The notes under the pieces: generated by a model
What the model was told of the DNA's origin: nothing
What the model saw: only the letters and a program-made list of their open reading frames with translations
The model's database searches: none
Source: a virus
Taxonomy: Duplodnaviria; Heunggongvirae; Uroviricota; Caudoviricetes
Strand: one strand, 5' to 3'
IMG/VR virus record: IMGVR_UViG_3300020576_002722
Location: 1 to 64,000 of that record
DNA: 64,000 nucleotides
Made by a program: the position numbers and the translations under genes
In this document: one piece after another, positions 36,411 to 45,096 of the stretch
Layout: every line of letters begins with the position of its first letter
Position numbering within the stretch: position 1 is the first letter of the stretch

Positions 36411-37642
36411 TCCTGCCAGATGATTCGTTGGGTAGGGAGATCGTAGTGGAGCTGTCCCTCGTACCGGTCCCCGTACCTGTTCTTCCACATGGTGAAGTCG
36501 ATCAAGTACTTGTTATCAGGGTTGGTCAGGATGGATAGTCCGGAGGTGGCGTCGTTGGCCGGCACAGAGGACCCGTATACGTCGTCAGCCTCTGGCATGG
36601 ACGTCGGGGTCTCCAGCTTGCGCGGCTGCGCCAGTGCCATGATGGCCACGTCGCAAGCCAAAGAGATCCTGGTTATCTCATTGGAGACAGCCTCGATCCG
36701 ATCCACGGTAGACATCTGAGTGGCCGTCCGGACCCGTTGCAGATAGTCGATCACGATGAACTGTACGCCGTGCTCCTGTACCATCTCGCGGATGATCGGG
36801 TGCAGCATCTCCAGGTACAGGGAGTGGCCAGGTTGCCAGTGGATCTTGCCCCAGTGATCAGGCTTCGGTGTCCTCTTGTGCTTGTCCACGGTCTCCCGTT
36901 CCAGGTGGGACATGCGGCCGCTCTTGATGTGATTCCCGTTCACGCCGGTGTCCATCGAGATCAGCCTGTTCATGAGATCCTCTACCCGCATCTCGAACGA
37001 GAGGAACCCGCTCGATATGCCCTGCATTCGTAGGTTCCTCACGGCGTTCAGGGCGATGGCCGTCTTGCCCTGGCCCCTCTTGCCCATGACGATGTTCATG
37101 GTGCCCGGATAGTGCTCCCACACGTCGTCAAGGGGGCCGAACCCGAGCCTCAGTCCAGGCTTGTCGACCTTCCCGATCGATGCGGCCATGTCGAAGTCGT
37201 AGTCGGTCATCAGGTGACCGGACAGGTTGCTGTGCTTGGCGGCGAACGAGGTGATCGCCAGGATGGCAGGAGAGATATCGCCCGGCCTGGACGAGAGGAT
37301 CAATGTCTCCTCCAGCTTCTTCTGGAAGTCCTTCCGCAGCTTGATCCTGGCCACTACCGATACGGTGTGCTCCAGGTTCAATGCATCGGGAACCTCCATG
37401 ATAGCGGCAACAATCCTGTCGGCGTGCTCGTCGCTCCAAGCCTGTGCCCGGAACTCCTCACGCAGGGTGTCGACCGTGACATCGAACGACTCCCGATAGA
37501 TGCAGTCGCCCATGTCGAAGGCAAGCCGCATGTATGGATCCTCGAAGTGATCAGAGGTGACCGACCTGACGACGTATCCTGCCCTGCCGGTGACCATCGC
37601 CTTGATGATCTGTGCCTCGGCAACTACTGGTTCGTAGCTCAA
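36407..37642 (-). CDS. dnaB: DnaB-family replicative helicase (411 aa)
   Basis: Walker A GKRGQGKTAIALN, Walker B FIVIDYLQ, RecA-fold C-terminal domain, N-terminal DnaB-like helical domain. Confidence 0.8.
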   Translation of the reverse strand: MSYEPVVAEAQIIKAMVTGRAGYVVRSVTSDHFEDPYMRLAFDMGDCIYRESFDVTVDTLREEFRAQAWSDEHADRIVAAIMEVPDALNLEHTVSVVARIKLRKDFQKKLEETLILSSRPGDISPAILAITSFAAKHSNLSGHLMTDYDFDMAASIGKVDKPGLRLGFGPLDDVWEHYPGTMNIVMGKRGQGKTAIALNAVRNLRMQGISSGFLSFEMRVEDLMNRLISMDTGVNGNHIKSGRMSHLERETVDKHKRTPKPDHWGKIHWQPGHSLYLEMLHPIIREMVQEHGVQFIVIDYLQRVRTATQMSTVDRIEAVSNEITRISLACDVAIMALAQPRKLETPTSMPEADDVYGSSVPANDATSGLSILTNPDNKYLIDFTMWKNRYGDRYEGQLHYDLPTQRIIWQE

Positions 37643-37941
37643 AGTTTTCTGAGCCCAGGGCTCGTGTTGTTCGGGTCAAACATACCCTTTTTAGGCTCCG
37701 GTACAAAGAACTTTTTCTCCTGGAAGATGCCGTTCCAGTTCTGCGACATCGAGTACTCGATCGCGGCGATCACGTCAGCCTCGCTGGTGAAGTCCCTGAA
37801 CAGGCGCTTGATCAGCATGTGTTCTCCGATCGGCTTGTATGCCTGCTTCTTCTCCTTCTTGTAGGCGATCCACAGGTCGAATGCGTCCCAGAATGCATTC
37901 GTCACCCACAGTGGATTAGGTACTGGCTTCAGCTCTTTCAT
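37639..37941 (-). CDS. Hypothetical protein (100 aa)
   Basis: ATGA-coupled to dnaB. Confidence 0.45.
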   Translation of the reverse strand: MKELKPVPNPLWVTNAFWDAFDLWIAYKKEKKQAYKPIGEHMLIKRLFRDFTSEADVIAAIEYSMSQNWNGIFQEKKFFVPEPKKGMFDPNNTSPGLRKL

Positions 37942-37946
37942 GGCGG

Positions 37947-38687
37947 CTATCCGTTGTATGATCGACCGACATCTTGCGATGAGTCGTCTGACCTTGTGGG
38001 TATGTATTGGCCTCCGTCCGACTTGATGGACCCCTTCACGGTTCCATTGGTCTTCATGAAGTGCCTGAATCGTTCCCTATCTTCGGGCTTCCAGTCCATC
38101 TCCGGCTTGACCGGCCCCAGGTCATCCTCCATCTTCAGATCCTCCACATACTCCTCCAGTTGCTTGGGTTTCGCTGCAACGAAGGAGAACCAGTCGGGCT
38201 TCTCGTACTTGTTGGAGCCCTTCATGCCGGCGTTGATAGAGCTGGCTGCCATGAGCCACTTGATGTCGTCGTATACCTCGGAGGATGTCTGTATCCTGCG
38301 CACGCCATAGATGATCGTAGCGTGGTCCCTGCTGTACGCTGCGGCGATCGATACATAGGTCAGCCCCATCTTGCGCAGCAGCCACCAGGCCACCATGCGT
38401 GCATTGGCCGCCGTGGCATTGTACCTGAGACCGGATCGCATGATCTCGTCGGTCAGCCCGTGGCACAGTACCTCGCTCATGGCCGACAGTACAGCCTCGT
38501 TCGCCTTGGTAACGAACTCGGGCGAAGACATCGATTGCGACATCTTCTGTGAGGCACGCAGCTGCTTGTCCCGAAGGATGCAACCTGCCACGACTCCATC
38601 GATGTCCTTTGTCCCGAGGGACGCCCTCTGTCTGATGTACTTGGCCAGGTGGCCAGGTACCGTGATCGTCATCATCTCTGCTTCCAT
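37947..38687 (-). CDS. DnaA C-terminal domain (domain IV)-like HTH DNA-binding protein (246 aa)
   Basis: ARMVAWWLLRKMGLTYVSIAAAYSRDHATIIYGVRRIQ resembles the DnaA domain IV helix-turn-helix. Start codon abuts tRNA-Arg. Confidence 0.55.
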   Translation of the reverse strand: MEAEMMTITVPGHLAKYIRQRASLGTKDIDGVVAGCILRDKQLRASQKMSQSMSSPEFVTKANEAVLSAMSEVLCHGLTDEIMRSGLRYNATAANARMVAWWLLRKMGLTYVSIAAAYSRDHATIIYGVRRIQTSSEVYDDIKWLMAASSINAGMKGSNKYEKPDWFSFVAAKPKQLEEYVEDLKMEDDLGPVKPEMDWKPEDRERFRHFMKTNGTVKGSIKSDGGQYIPTRSDDSSQDVGRSYNG

Positions 38688-38688
38688 G

Positions 38689-38760
38689 AGGCCCCGCCAG
38701 GAGTCGAACCTGGATCTAGCGTTTAGGAAACGCTCGTTCTGTCCATTGAACTATGAGGCC
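38689..38760 (-). tRNA. tRNA-Arg (anticodon CCT)
   Basis: Reverse complement folds as a cloverleaf: acceptor GGCCTCA/CGGGGCC (one A-C mismatch at the stem base), D-arm GTTC-AATGGACA-GAAC, anticodon stem AGCGT/ACGCT with loop TTCCTAA, T-arm CCAGG-TTCGACT-CCTGG. Confidence 0.7.
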
Positions 38761-38845
38761 AAGTGGTGTCGGGTGTGAAACAGGATACCTGTCGTCGAAC
38801 CAGGTAAACGCCCCTGCGTTGCCTTCGGGGCACCCGACACCGGGA

Positions 38846-39238
38846 CTACTTCTCTTTCTTGTCCAGGTCGTCCAGATCCTGGAGCTTGTCCTTGAGCTGC
38901 TTGTTCAGCATGTCCATACGCCACGCGTAGTAGTCCTTGAAGCTCTGGAATCCACTGGGCTGCTTCTCCCAGGTGCGGTACAGGATGTTCTTCATCCGCT
39001 TGCTCTTGCTTACCGGGTTGTCGTTCAGATCCGTGTCGAGGGCATCCAGCTCACTCTTCTCGGCCTGGGTCAATTCGGTCTCGGCCTTGAAGTACATGTA
39101 GCCGAAGGTGTCGATCATCCCGTGGATCTTGGCGATGTCCTCGGGAGTCATCTCCTGGGTCACGAACTTCAGCATCACGGTCCTGTCCTTCCGGTTGCTG
39201 TAACCGTCGAACTGTGCTGGTAGAAGGATCTTGCCCAT
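38846..39238 (-). CDS. Hypothetical protein (130 aa)
   Basis: Charged, coiled-coil C-terminus. Confidence 0.45.
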   Translation of the reverse strand: MGKILLPAQFDGYSNRKDRTVMLKFVTQEMTPEDIAKIHGMIDTFGYMYFKAETELTQAEKSELDALDTDLNDNPVSKSKRMKNILYRTWEKQPSGFQSFKDYYAWRMDMLNKQLKDKLQDLDDLDKKEK

Positions 39239-39241
39239 CGA

Positions 39242-39967
39242 TCAGAAGGCTTCATCTTCTTCACCGATCCCTGATCCCGGCACATTGCGTACGCCTTCAG
39301 CCACCTCCGCTGTTACGGGAGCCGTTCCGCCTGCCGCGATCAGCCGCTCCTTGGCCTGGGCCAGCACCACGTCACGCAGGAACTCGTTGCGCTCCAGGAA
39401 GGTCCACTCCATCTTCCCGGTCTTCGGGTTCTTGGCCTGGGTCGCCTCTGGCAGCCCATCGATATTCCCGGCCATCACCTTCTCGTCGTCCTGGTAGATG
39501 GCGATACCCTGCTTCAACGACGTCTTCCCTGTCTCCTTGTTGGTGGCCTCGAAGGAGTATGGGCTCAACTTGACGTCCTTTGTGAAGTCGATACCAGGTG
39601 AACGCATCAGGAAGTTCTCCCAGTGGCGCTTGAACTCAGGCAGGTCGACCCGGTACTTGGTACCATCAGCAGCCGTCAGGTGTACCGACAGGAACACGGT
39701 CTCCTCTCCATCGTACAGCTGTGCCTTGCGCTCGCTGAACGAGGTGATCCGTCCTTCCAGATTCTCGTGCTCGGTTCGGTACTTGTGGTTGCCATCCTTG
39801 TCGGTGGCCGGTTCGTCATGGTTCTTGCCCTTCATGACCTGCACCGCTCCTGGCGCTCCCTTCTCTGCCGGCAGCGTGAATACTCCGCCGCTGACCCCTA
39901 CCCACGTCTCGTTTCCCTTGCGACCTTCGTCGCCTCCTGTGCCTTTCGGCTTGCTCAATCCGCTCAT
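39242..39967 (-). CDS. Putative single-stranded DNA-binding protein (241 aa)
   Basis: Acidic C-terminal tail ...GSGIGEEDEAF ending in Phe, like SSB partner-binding tails. Located in the replication module. Inference only. Confidence 0.4.
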   Translation of the reverse strand: MSGLSKPKGTGGDEGRKGNETWVGVSGGVFTLPAEKGAPGAVQVMKGKNHDEPATDKDGNHKYRTEHENLEGRITSFSERKAQLYDGEETVFLSVHLTAADGTKYRVDLPEFKRHWENFLMRSPGIDFTKDVKLSPYSFEATNKETGKTSLKQGIAIYQDDEKVMAGNIDGLPEATQAKNPKTGKMEWTFLERNEFLRDVVLAQAKERLIAAGGTAPVTAEVAEGVRNVPGSGIGEEDEAF

Positions 39968-39982
39968 GTTGTTGGTTGTTGT

Positions 39983-40357
39983 TTACTTGGTTCGTGTGAC
40001 CCACTCGTAGATCGAGTCGGCGTAGTCCTTGAAGTTGTCGAAGCTGGCTCCCAGAGCTGCCGCCGAGTTGACGCAGGCCATCCTGGTGATCCGCTCCTCG
40101 CGATCGAACTCGGCCACATCGAAGGGGCGGATCTTGGTCTCTTTGCCCTCGGCCTCGATCACAATGAAAGCGCAGTGCTTTCCGACCGTGAACGGTGGCG
40201 GGAACTGGCTTCCTTTTTCGTCCTGGTCCGGGGTCCAAGTGAGCCCCTGTGAACCGTCCGTGAATCGGACGAACCACTTGTGCCAGATAGCGCCCCCGCT
40301 CATACGGGTCGTGCCACGGTCCTCTACCGTGAGAGGTGTCGACTTGTGGACTTGCAT
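39983..40357 (-). CDS. Hypothetical protein (124 aa)
   Basis: ORF only. Confidence 0.4.
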   Translation of the reverse strand: MQVHKSTPLTVEDRGTTRMSGGAIWHKWFVRFTDGSQGLTWTPDQDEKGSQFPPPFTVGKHCAFIVIEAEGKETKIRPFDVAEFDREERITRMACVNSAAALGASFDNFKDYADSIYEWVTRTK

Positions 40358-41010
40358 CAGCAGTCGAATTTGATGGTGGCCTCCTCTTCGAGCGTGTTCA
40401 TCTCGGCCTGCGCCTCCTTGATGCGCTTGCCCAGGTCTGCGCCCTTCTCGCGGATGTGGCGAGCCTTCGCTTTGGCCGCCAGGTTCTCCAGCGTGTCACG
40501 TTCGGCACCCCAGCGTGCGATCAGGAACCGGTCCTTCGGCTGGAATCCGATCGTGTGGCCGGCTGCGCGAACCTCTTCGATCTTCTCCGGGCTTTCGATC
40601 TCCTGCCAGTCGACCACGCCGGGGATCTTTCCACCGGTACCGTACGTGTACCGGTGCCCAACCTCTCCGATAGCCACCGGATTGGGTGCCTTGTCATCGT
40701 AGCGGATCATGATCCGGCTGAAATGGCCCCCACGAAGCGCCAGCTTGATGTGTTCCAGTGCCTCCAGCGGGATAGCTCCGGACCTGTACTCCTTCAGCTC
40801 CATCTCGCGGGGGCACAGTGTCTCGAATGTGGCCACCATCGACGGGGTCATGTGCAGGTATGGGACAGGCGACTTTTCCGGCTTGGCGATGGATCCCTGT
40901 CCGGTGAGACCCAGCTCAGCCACCGTGGAGTGCCACTTGTCGAGAGCTTCCGGGTCGGTCACCAGATCGACCAGCTCTTCCTGGAGGTACGATTCAACTT
41001 GTGTGCTCAT
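40357..41010 (-). CDS. Hypothetical protein (217 aa)
   Basis: ORF only. Start preceded by the CTCAAACCAA leader motif. Confidence 0.45.
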   Translation of the reverse strand: MSTQVESYLQEELVDLVTDPEALDKWHSTVAELGLTGQGSIAKPEKSPVPYLHMTPSMVATFETLCPREMELKEYRSGAIPLEALEHIKLALRGGHFSRIMIRYDDKAPNPVAIGEVGHRYTYGTGGKIPGVVDWQEIESPEKIEEVRAAGHTIGFQPKDRFLIARWGAERDTLENLAAKAKARHIREKGADLGKRIKEAQAEMNTLEEEATIKFDC

Positions 41011-41077
41011 GTTTGTTGGTTTGAGGTTGCGAATCTAGTGTGCGTTGTCGACTTGTCAACATTCGTGTGACGAATAG

Positions 41078-41275
41078 TTAGCCCACGATCTCGGTAGACA
41101 CGATCGTTGCCCCCGTGGCCGACTCGATGAATTTCTGTGCCGTATGCTCGGCCATCTCTTCGGTCTGGTATACCGGGTAGTCGATCACCAGGCGAACGGT
41201 CCTGTACTTGGCGAAGTCTGTTGCGTTGGCCGGGTTGCGCGGATCTGTGTCGGCCCCTTCTGGTATGTTGTTCAT
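41078..41275 (-). CDS. Small hypothetical protein (65 aa)
   Basis: Stop codon embedded in a 16-nt repeat. Confidence 0.3.
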   Translation of the reverse strand: MNNIPEGADTDPRNPANATDFAKYRTVRLVIDYPVYQTEEMAEHTAQKFIESATGATIVSTEIVG

Positions 41276-41865
41276 GATCTTGGTTGCTGTTTTAGTTCAC
41301 CTCTAAGGGCTGACAGCGCGGCCACAAGCGCCTCAATAGCCAAGTCCCGTGCTTCGGAGGACAGGGGGGAAGGACCGTAGACCGGGAACATTCTCACAAA
41401 GTCGCGTACTTCGGAGTAGGGGAACATCGCATCGTATGGGTAGCCTTCGGGAAGTGTGTCCTCGTAGATCCACGCCACCGGGGTCTGCTCACCTATCGCC
41501 TGCGACGGACGGAGGTAGCCGTGGTCGCGGGCGTAGCGCAAACCGGCACGGAAAGAAGCCCTACCTCGCGATCCCAATCCAAGGGCATCGGTCACTCGAT
41601 CTATCTCATCATCCGTGAGCATCTTCGGAGCACTCGCTTTGGTTTTTTCGCCGCGCCATTCCATCAGGGAAGCATTGTTACGCGCCAGCGCAATGGATAC
41701 GGGATCGCGCCCGACTTCATACTCCCCTGCCTGCGCCTCCTGTGCTTCGGCTTGGGCGATGCACTGGTCGAGCATCTTGGTAATGGGGTCGTGTTCGTCG
41801 CACGCCTTTGGCACGACAGCTTCGCGCAACTCGCGCAGTCTCTGGGATAGGGTCTTGTCGCTCAT
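41272..41865 (-). CDS. Hypothetical protein (197 aa)
   Basis: Start refined to MSDKTLSQRL (ATGA overlap with the upstream stop). Confidence 0.45.
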   Translation of the reverse strand: MSDKTLSQRLRELREAVVPKACDEHDPITKMLDQCIAQAEAQEAQAGEYEVGRDPVSIALARNNASLMEWRGEKTKASAPKMLTDDEIDRVTDALGLGSRGRASFRAGLRYARDHGYLRPSQAIGEQTPVAWIYEDTLPEGYPYDAMFPYSEVRDFVRMFPVYGPSPLSSEARDLAIEALVAALSALRGELKQQPRS

Positions 41866-42185
41866 GGGAAAAGGGTTTTGAGGCGGGCGCGGAGGTCGTC
41901 CATCGTTGCGTTCCAATTTGGATGGCCGCGATCGTATTGCCATCCGTGATCGCTGCTATGGTCGTGCATCTCTTCAATGCCTTCCTCGATGTAATCTTCG
42001 AGAAACTCCATCAACTCATCAACCGTTTCCTCCACCGTAGGGGCCACCTCCTTGGGATGGGCGTCCTGCTGGCCACGGGTGTAGCCATTGATGAATCCTT
42101 CGGCACGGAACACGTCCGGGTGGATACGGTTGTCGCCCTTGCTCTTCGGGTACTCCTCCATCGCTATCTGTTCTGCTGTGGTCAT
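41862..42185 (-). CDS. Hypothetical acidic protein (107 aa)
   Basis: Start refined to MTTAEQIAMEE by ATGA coupling. Confidence 0.35.
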   Translation of the reverse strand: MTTAEQIAMEEYPKSKGDNRIHPDVFRAEGFINGYTRGQQDAHPKEVAPTVEETVDELMEFLEDYIEEGIEEMHDHSSDHGWQYDRGHPNWNATMDDLRARLKTLFP

Positions 42186-42400
42186 GGCTTGGTGAAGAAT
42201 TTGGGTTCCTTCTTTCGCAGCTCGTCTGTTGCCGGGAATACGGTACCACGGAAACGATTGGACAACGGGTCGCGCCTTCCTTGCGTAATCTGAACTTTTC
42301 GCGCCTGACACTTGGCCTTGCTCGTGAACCTGCCTTCGCTAGTGAGTTCGCGCTGGTTAACGCAGTCCCAGAGATACCACTTGTCCTTGGTCTGTTCCAT
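42182..42400 (-). CDS. Small hypothetical protein (72 aa)
   Basis: Start refined to MEQTKDKWYLWD. The upstream part of the ORF-track frame is Arg/Ser junk. Confidence 0.3.
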   Translation of the reverse strand: MEQTKDKWYLWDCVNQRELTSEGRFTSKAKCQARKVQITQGRRDPLSNRFRGTVFPATDELRKKEPKFFTKP

Positions 42401-42425
42401 GTGTTCAGGGGAGTTTGATTCCGCC

Positions 42426-42944
42426 TTACCGGGGCTTCTCGAACTTGATCGAGTCCTTCTTGTAGGTCTTGATGGCCGGGATGATCTCTTCCCCATCAGC
42501 CGTCCCGGTCACCATCCCCTTGTCGGCGAGCTGGGACGCTGTCTTGGCCTTGTCCTCGATCTCCTTCATCCTGGCCTTCAGATCTGCCCACTCAGGGATG
42601 TGGTCGTACTTGTACTCGGCCGCACCCTGCTGCGCCGACACCTTCCACCCCTGCATCTCTGCTACCCTTTTCGGATACGCTTCGAGTGCGGACTCCAGTG
42701 TCGGTGTCAGCCGCTTCAGCAGATCCTCAGCATGGTCCTTCACGCTCCTGATGGCGATGGCCACCGATATGACATCAGCTTCTCCCTGCATTGCGGCGTC
42801 GAACGCCTCGTTGATGTCTCCGATATTCGTGTCTGCCATCTCTTGTGGTTTGTTGAAGTGCTTGTCTTCGAGATACCGTTGGCGTGTGGTGTCGCCGCGC
42901 AGGTCATCCTGCTGTTGTTCCCACAGTTGCTTGCTTGCTCCCAT
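42426..42944 (-). CDS. Hypothetical protein (172 aa)
   Basis: Start refined to MGASKQLWEQ (ATGA overlap with the small membrane gene stop). Confidence 0.45.
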   Translation of the reverse strand: MGASKQLWEQQQDDLRGDTTRQRYLEDKHFNKPQEMADTNIGDINEAFDAAMQGEADVISVAIAIRSVKDHAEDLLKRLTPTLESALEAYPKRVAEMQGWKVSAQQGAAEYKYDHIPEWADLKARMKEIEDKAKTASQLADKGMVTGTADGEEIIPAIKTYKKDSIKFEKPR

Positions 42945-43144
42945 CACCTCTTCGGTGTCAACAGTTGAAGGGCGAAAGATAGGGCCACGATGCCACCGGC
43001 GATCCACAGGATGCTGACCAGCTTGTCGGGCGTACGCACGGACGTGAAGAACGACCACGCGCTCATGAGGGCCAACAGGACTCCGATGATGGCGGGTCCG
43101 CCGCCCTGTTGCGACGGACCCCTGGCCACAGGTACCTGGATCAT
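42944..43144 (-). CDS. Small two-TM membrane protein (66 aa), embedded in a longer ORF-track entry
   Basis: ATGA overlaps at both ends (parB-like stop 43141, next start 42944). AIIGVLLALMSAWSFF and LVSILWIAGGIVALSFALQLL helices. Confidence 0.35.
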   Translation of the reverse strand: MIQVPVARGPSQQGGGPAIIGVLLALMSAWSFFTSVRTPDKLVSILWIAGGIVALSFALQLLTPKR

Positions 43145-43941
43145 TGGGCGACCGGGAATTTCTCGCCGTCCACAGAACGCATCCTCTGGATGTTCTTCTT
43201 CCCACGGAACGCGTTCCACGTCTTGATAGTGAGACCCAGCAGCTCCCCTCGGTACATCTTCTTGCTGGAAGAGGCGTTCTGGATCAGCACCGCTTGCAGC
43301 TTCTGGAGGGCACTTCCACGGGTGATACCGGTCCCTGTCAGCAGGGACGTCATGAAGGCGTCTGCATCGCTTCGGCTGTGCCGTGAGAAGATGAAGTGGC
43401 ACGCCGCTGCGATGGATGGCTGAAGTACGGCCGTCTTGTGATTGATGGCCACGGCCACGCTCTCACGGATCTTCGGATACTTCTCCAGCCACTTTTCGTA
43501 ATCCTGGTTGGTGGCACCTTCTGCGGTCAGGCGCGACCCGTAGGAAACGTTCCCGTCATCGTACAGCTTGACGATGACCAATGCCGCCGCAAGGGCCGCG
43601 TAGTTCTTCTCTTCGCGTACGGCGAAGGTGTCGGCCGCACCACGGCGGCGTCCGCAGTCGATCGTATCGAACGCCTCGGCATCGAGACCCGTGGACACGA
43701 GCGTGTCGAACGGAACATTGGCAGCCACGCAGGCGGCCAATCGGTGCTGTCCATCGATCAGCCGGTCCTGTCCAGCGAACTTGATGGACTCACCGTTCAT
43801 CTTCCAGCGCTCTTCGGTCATATCCTTGGCGTAGAGCCCTACCTGTTTGGGGCTCAGTGGCCTGTTGCGCTTGTTCATCAGCAGCCACCTCTGTGCCATT
43901 GCGGGAGTGACCCGCATCTTCTCTGTCCTTACCTGTGCCAT
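43141..43941 (-). CDS. ParB-like nuclease domain protein (266 aa)
   Basis: ParB/sulfiredoxin-fold signature QDRLIDGQHRLAA. (CA)7 tract immediately 5' of the start. Confidence 0.7.
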   Translation of the reverse strand: MAQVRTEKMRVTPAMAQRWLLMNKRNRPLSPKQVGLYAKDMTEERWKMNGESIKFAGQDRLIDGQHRLAACVAANVPFDTLVSTGLDAEAFDTIDCGRRRGAADTFAVREEKNYAALAAALVIVKLYDDGNVSYGSRLTAEGATNQDYEKWLEKYPKIRESVAVAINHKTAVLQPSIAAACHFIFSRHSRSDADAFMTSLLTGTGITRGSALQKLQAVLIQNASSSKKMYRGELLGLTIKTWNAFRGKKNIQRMRSVDGEKFPVAQ

Positions 43942-43970
43942 GTGTGTGTGTGTGTTGAGGATTGTACCTC

Positions 43971-44014
43971 GCGGGCCTCCCGGTCTCGAACCGGGAAGAC
44001 TGCCTGTGGCCCCG
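43971..44014 (-). ncRNA. tRNA-like minihelix element TL1
   Basis: T-arm CCCGG-UUCGAGA-CCGGG flanked by acceptor-like complementary ends. Sits between the 44019 stop and the parB-like start. Confidence 0.4.
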
Positions 44015-44018
44015 TTGA

Positions 44019-44288
44019 TCAGCTGAACAGCTCGTTCTTCAGCTCTTTGAGCATGGTCAGCCCCTTCTCCAAGCTGGCCACCTCGTCGAGCGCATCAATG
44101 ATGGCCGCCCCGGACAACGGCACGGCGGACTTCAGCGTGTTCACTTTGCGCTTCGCCGATGTGAGCGCCTTTTGGGTGGCCAGGATATCGCTGTCCAGTT
44201 GCAACGCTTGCTCGGCGTCCGTCTGAGCGAACTGCTCTGCCTCCACCACCGCCTTGTCCTTTGTCAGACTTTCCAGATACTTGCCCAT
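44019..44288 (-). CDS. Coiled-coil hypothetical protein (89 aa from MGKYLESL)
   Basis: Protein-like K/E-rich helical sequence. The frame opens exactly where the upstream gene's protein-like sequence degrades (see findings). Confidence 0.4.
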   Translation of the reverse strand: MGKYLESLTKDKAVVEAEQFAQTDAEQALQLDSDILATQKALTSAKRKVNTLKSAVPLSGAAIIDALDEVASLEKGLTMLKELKNELFS

Positions 44289-44751
44289 GTTGGGTTGTTG
44301 TTTGTTTGGTGGATGCAGGTCCACCGGCCTTTATCTTCTTGAAGCGTTCGGCAAACATACGCACACCGTTGCTTATCTCTATCAGAGACGGATCTCCGTT
44401 CACTCCGACACGAATGACGATGTCCATGTGTCCGACCACAGCCCTGCTATCCCCTGACTTATCAATGACTTCCACGGTATCGCCCACCCGTATCACGTCG
44501 TCCGTCTGATGGACGCCGATGCAGAAATGGGCCAACATCTGCTCCTTGGTCACCATAGGTCTGCTGTTCTTGGCGCAGTTCTCGATGGAGTCACCAGAAA
44601 GGCCGGCTGCCCACAGCATGAATATCGGATACGTTCCATCGGCGGTAATCGAGGTCATCGATGCCCCGGCGGCCTTGATCTGTCGGATGAACTCCATCCG
44701 CTCGGCCATATCGTCGATGCGTACGGCGCATCCATCGGGTAGCTTGCTCAT
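44095..44751 (-). CDS. Hypothetical protein (218 aa from MSKLPDGCAV); C-terminal ~60 aa look like out-of-frame junk
   Basis: N-terminal 150 aa are protein-like (..DDVIRVGDTVEVIDKSGDSRAVVGHMDIVIRVGVNGDPSLIEI..). Overlaps the 44019 gene by ~190 nt. Confidence 0.4.
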   Translation of the reverse strand: MSKLPDGCAVRIDDMAERMEFIRQIKAAGASMTSITADGTYPIFMLWAAGLSGDSIENCAKNSRPMVTKEQMLAHFCIGVHQTDDVIRVGDTVEVIDKSGDSRAVVGHMDIVIRVGVNGDPSLIEISNGVRMFAERFKKIKAGGPASTKQTTTQHGQVSGKSDKGQGGGGGRAVRSDGRRASVATGQRYPGHPKGAHIGEAQSEHAEVRRAVVRGGHH

Positions 44752-45096
44752 GTTCCTTGTGTGTGGGCACAAAAATGGGGAACCGTTTCCGATTCCCCAA
44801 ATCTGTGTGACGAATAGTTAAGGGCGGCCGCTCACTTCGCCCTCAGAAGGACATGCGCTTTCCGTACAGGACCAGATCGCCATTGTTGCGGATCAGGTTG
44901 CGCATGATCTCCTTCATGCGACCGGTGGGTGACTTTTTGCCATGCGTGCCAGTCCATTGTTCTACATGCCGCGCCCCGAACAGGTGCTATGACCTGTTCG
45001 CGAGCGAATGGATCCCTGACGGGGCGCGGGCTTATTGTAAGTTACGGCATTCACGAAGTACGGTCATAGCTCGGCAAATGTATGAACTATTCCGAA

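Noticed and set aside
35289-36446. Long plus-strand ORFs (35289-36446, 37112-37864, 40336-41070, 43396-44226, 46399-47115 and others) antisense to the minus-strand gene block
   Set aside because: Their products are Arg/Leu/Val/His-rich with no motifs. They fully overlap well-supported minus-strand genes (primase, DnaB, ParB-like and others). Long spurious ORFs on the opposite strand are expected at ~60% GC.
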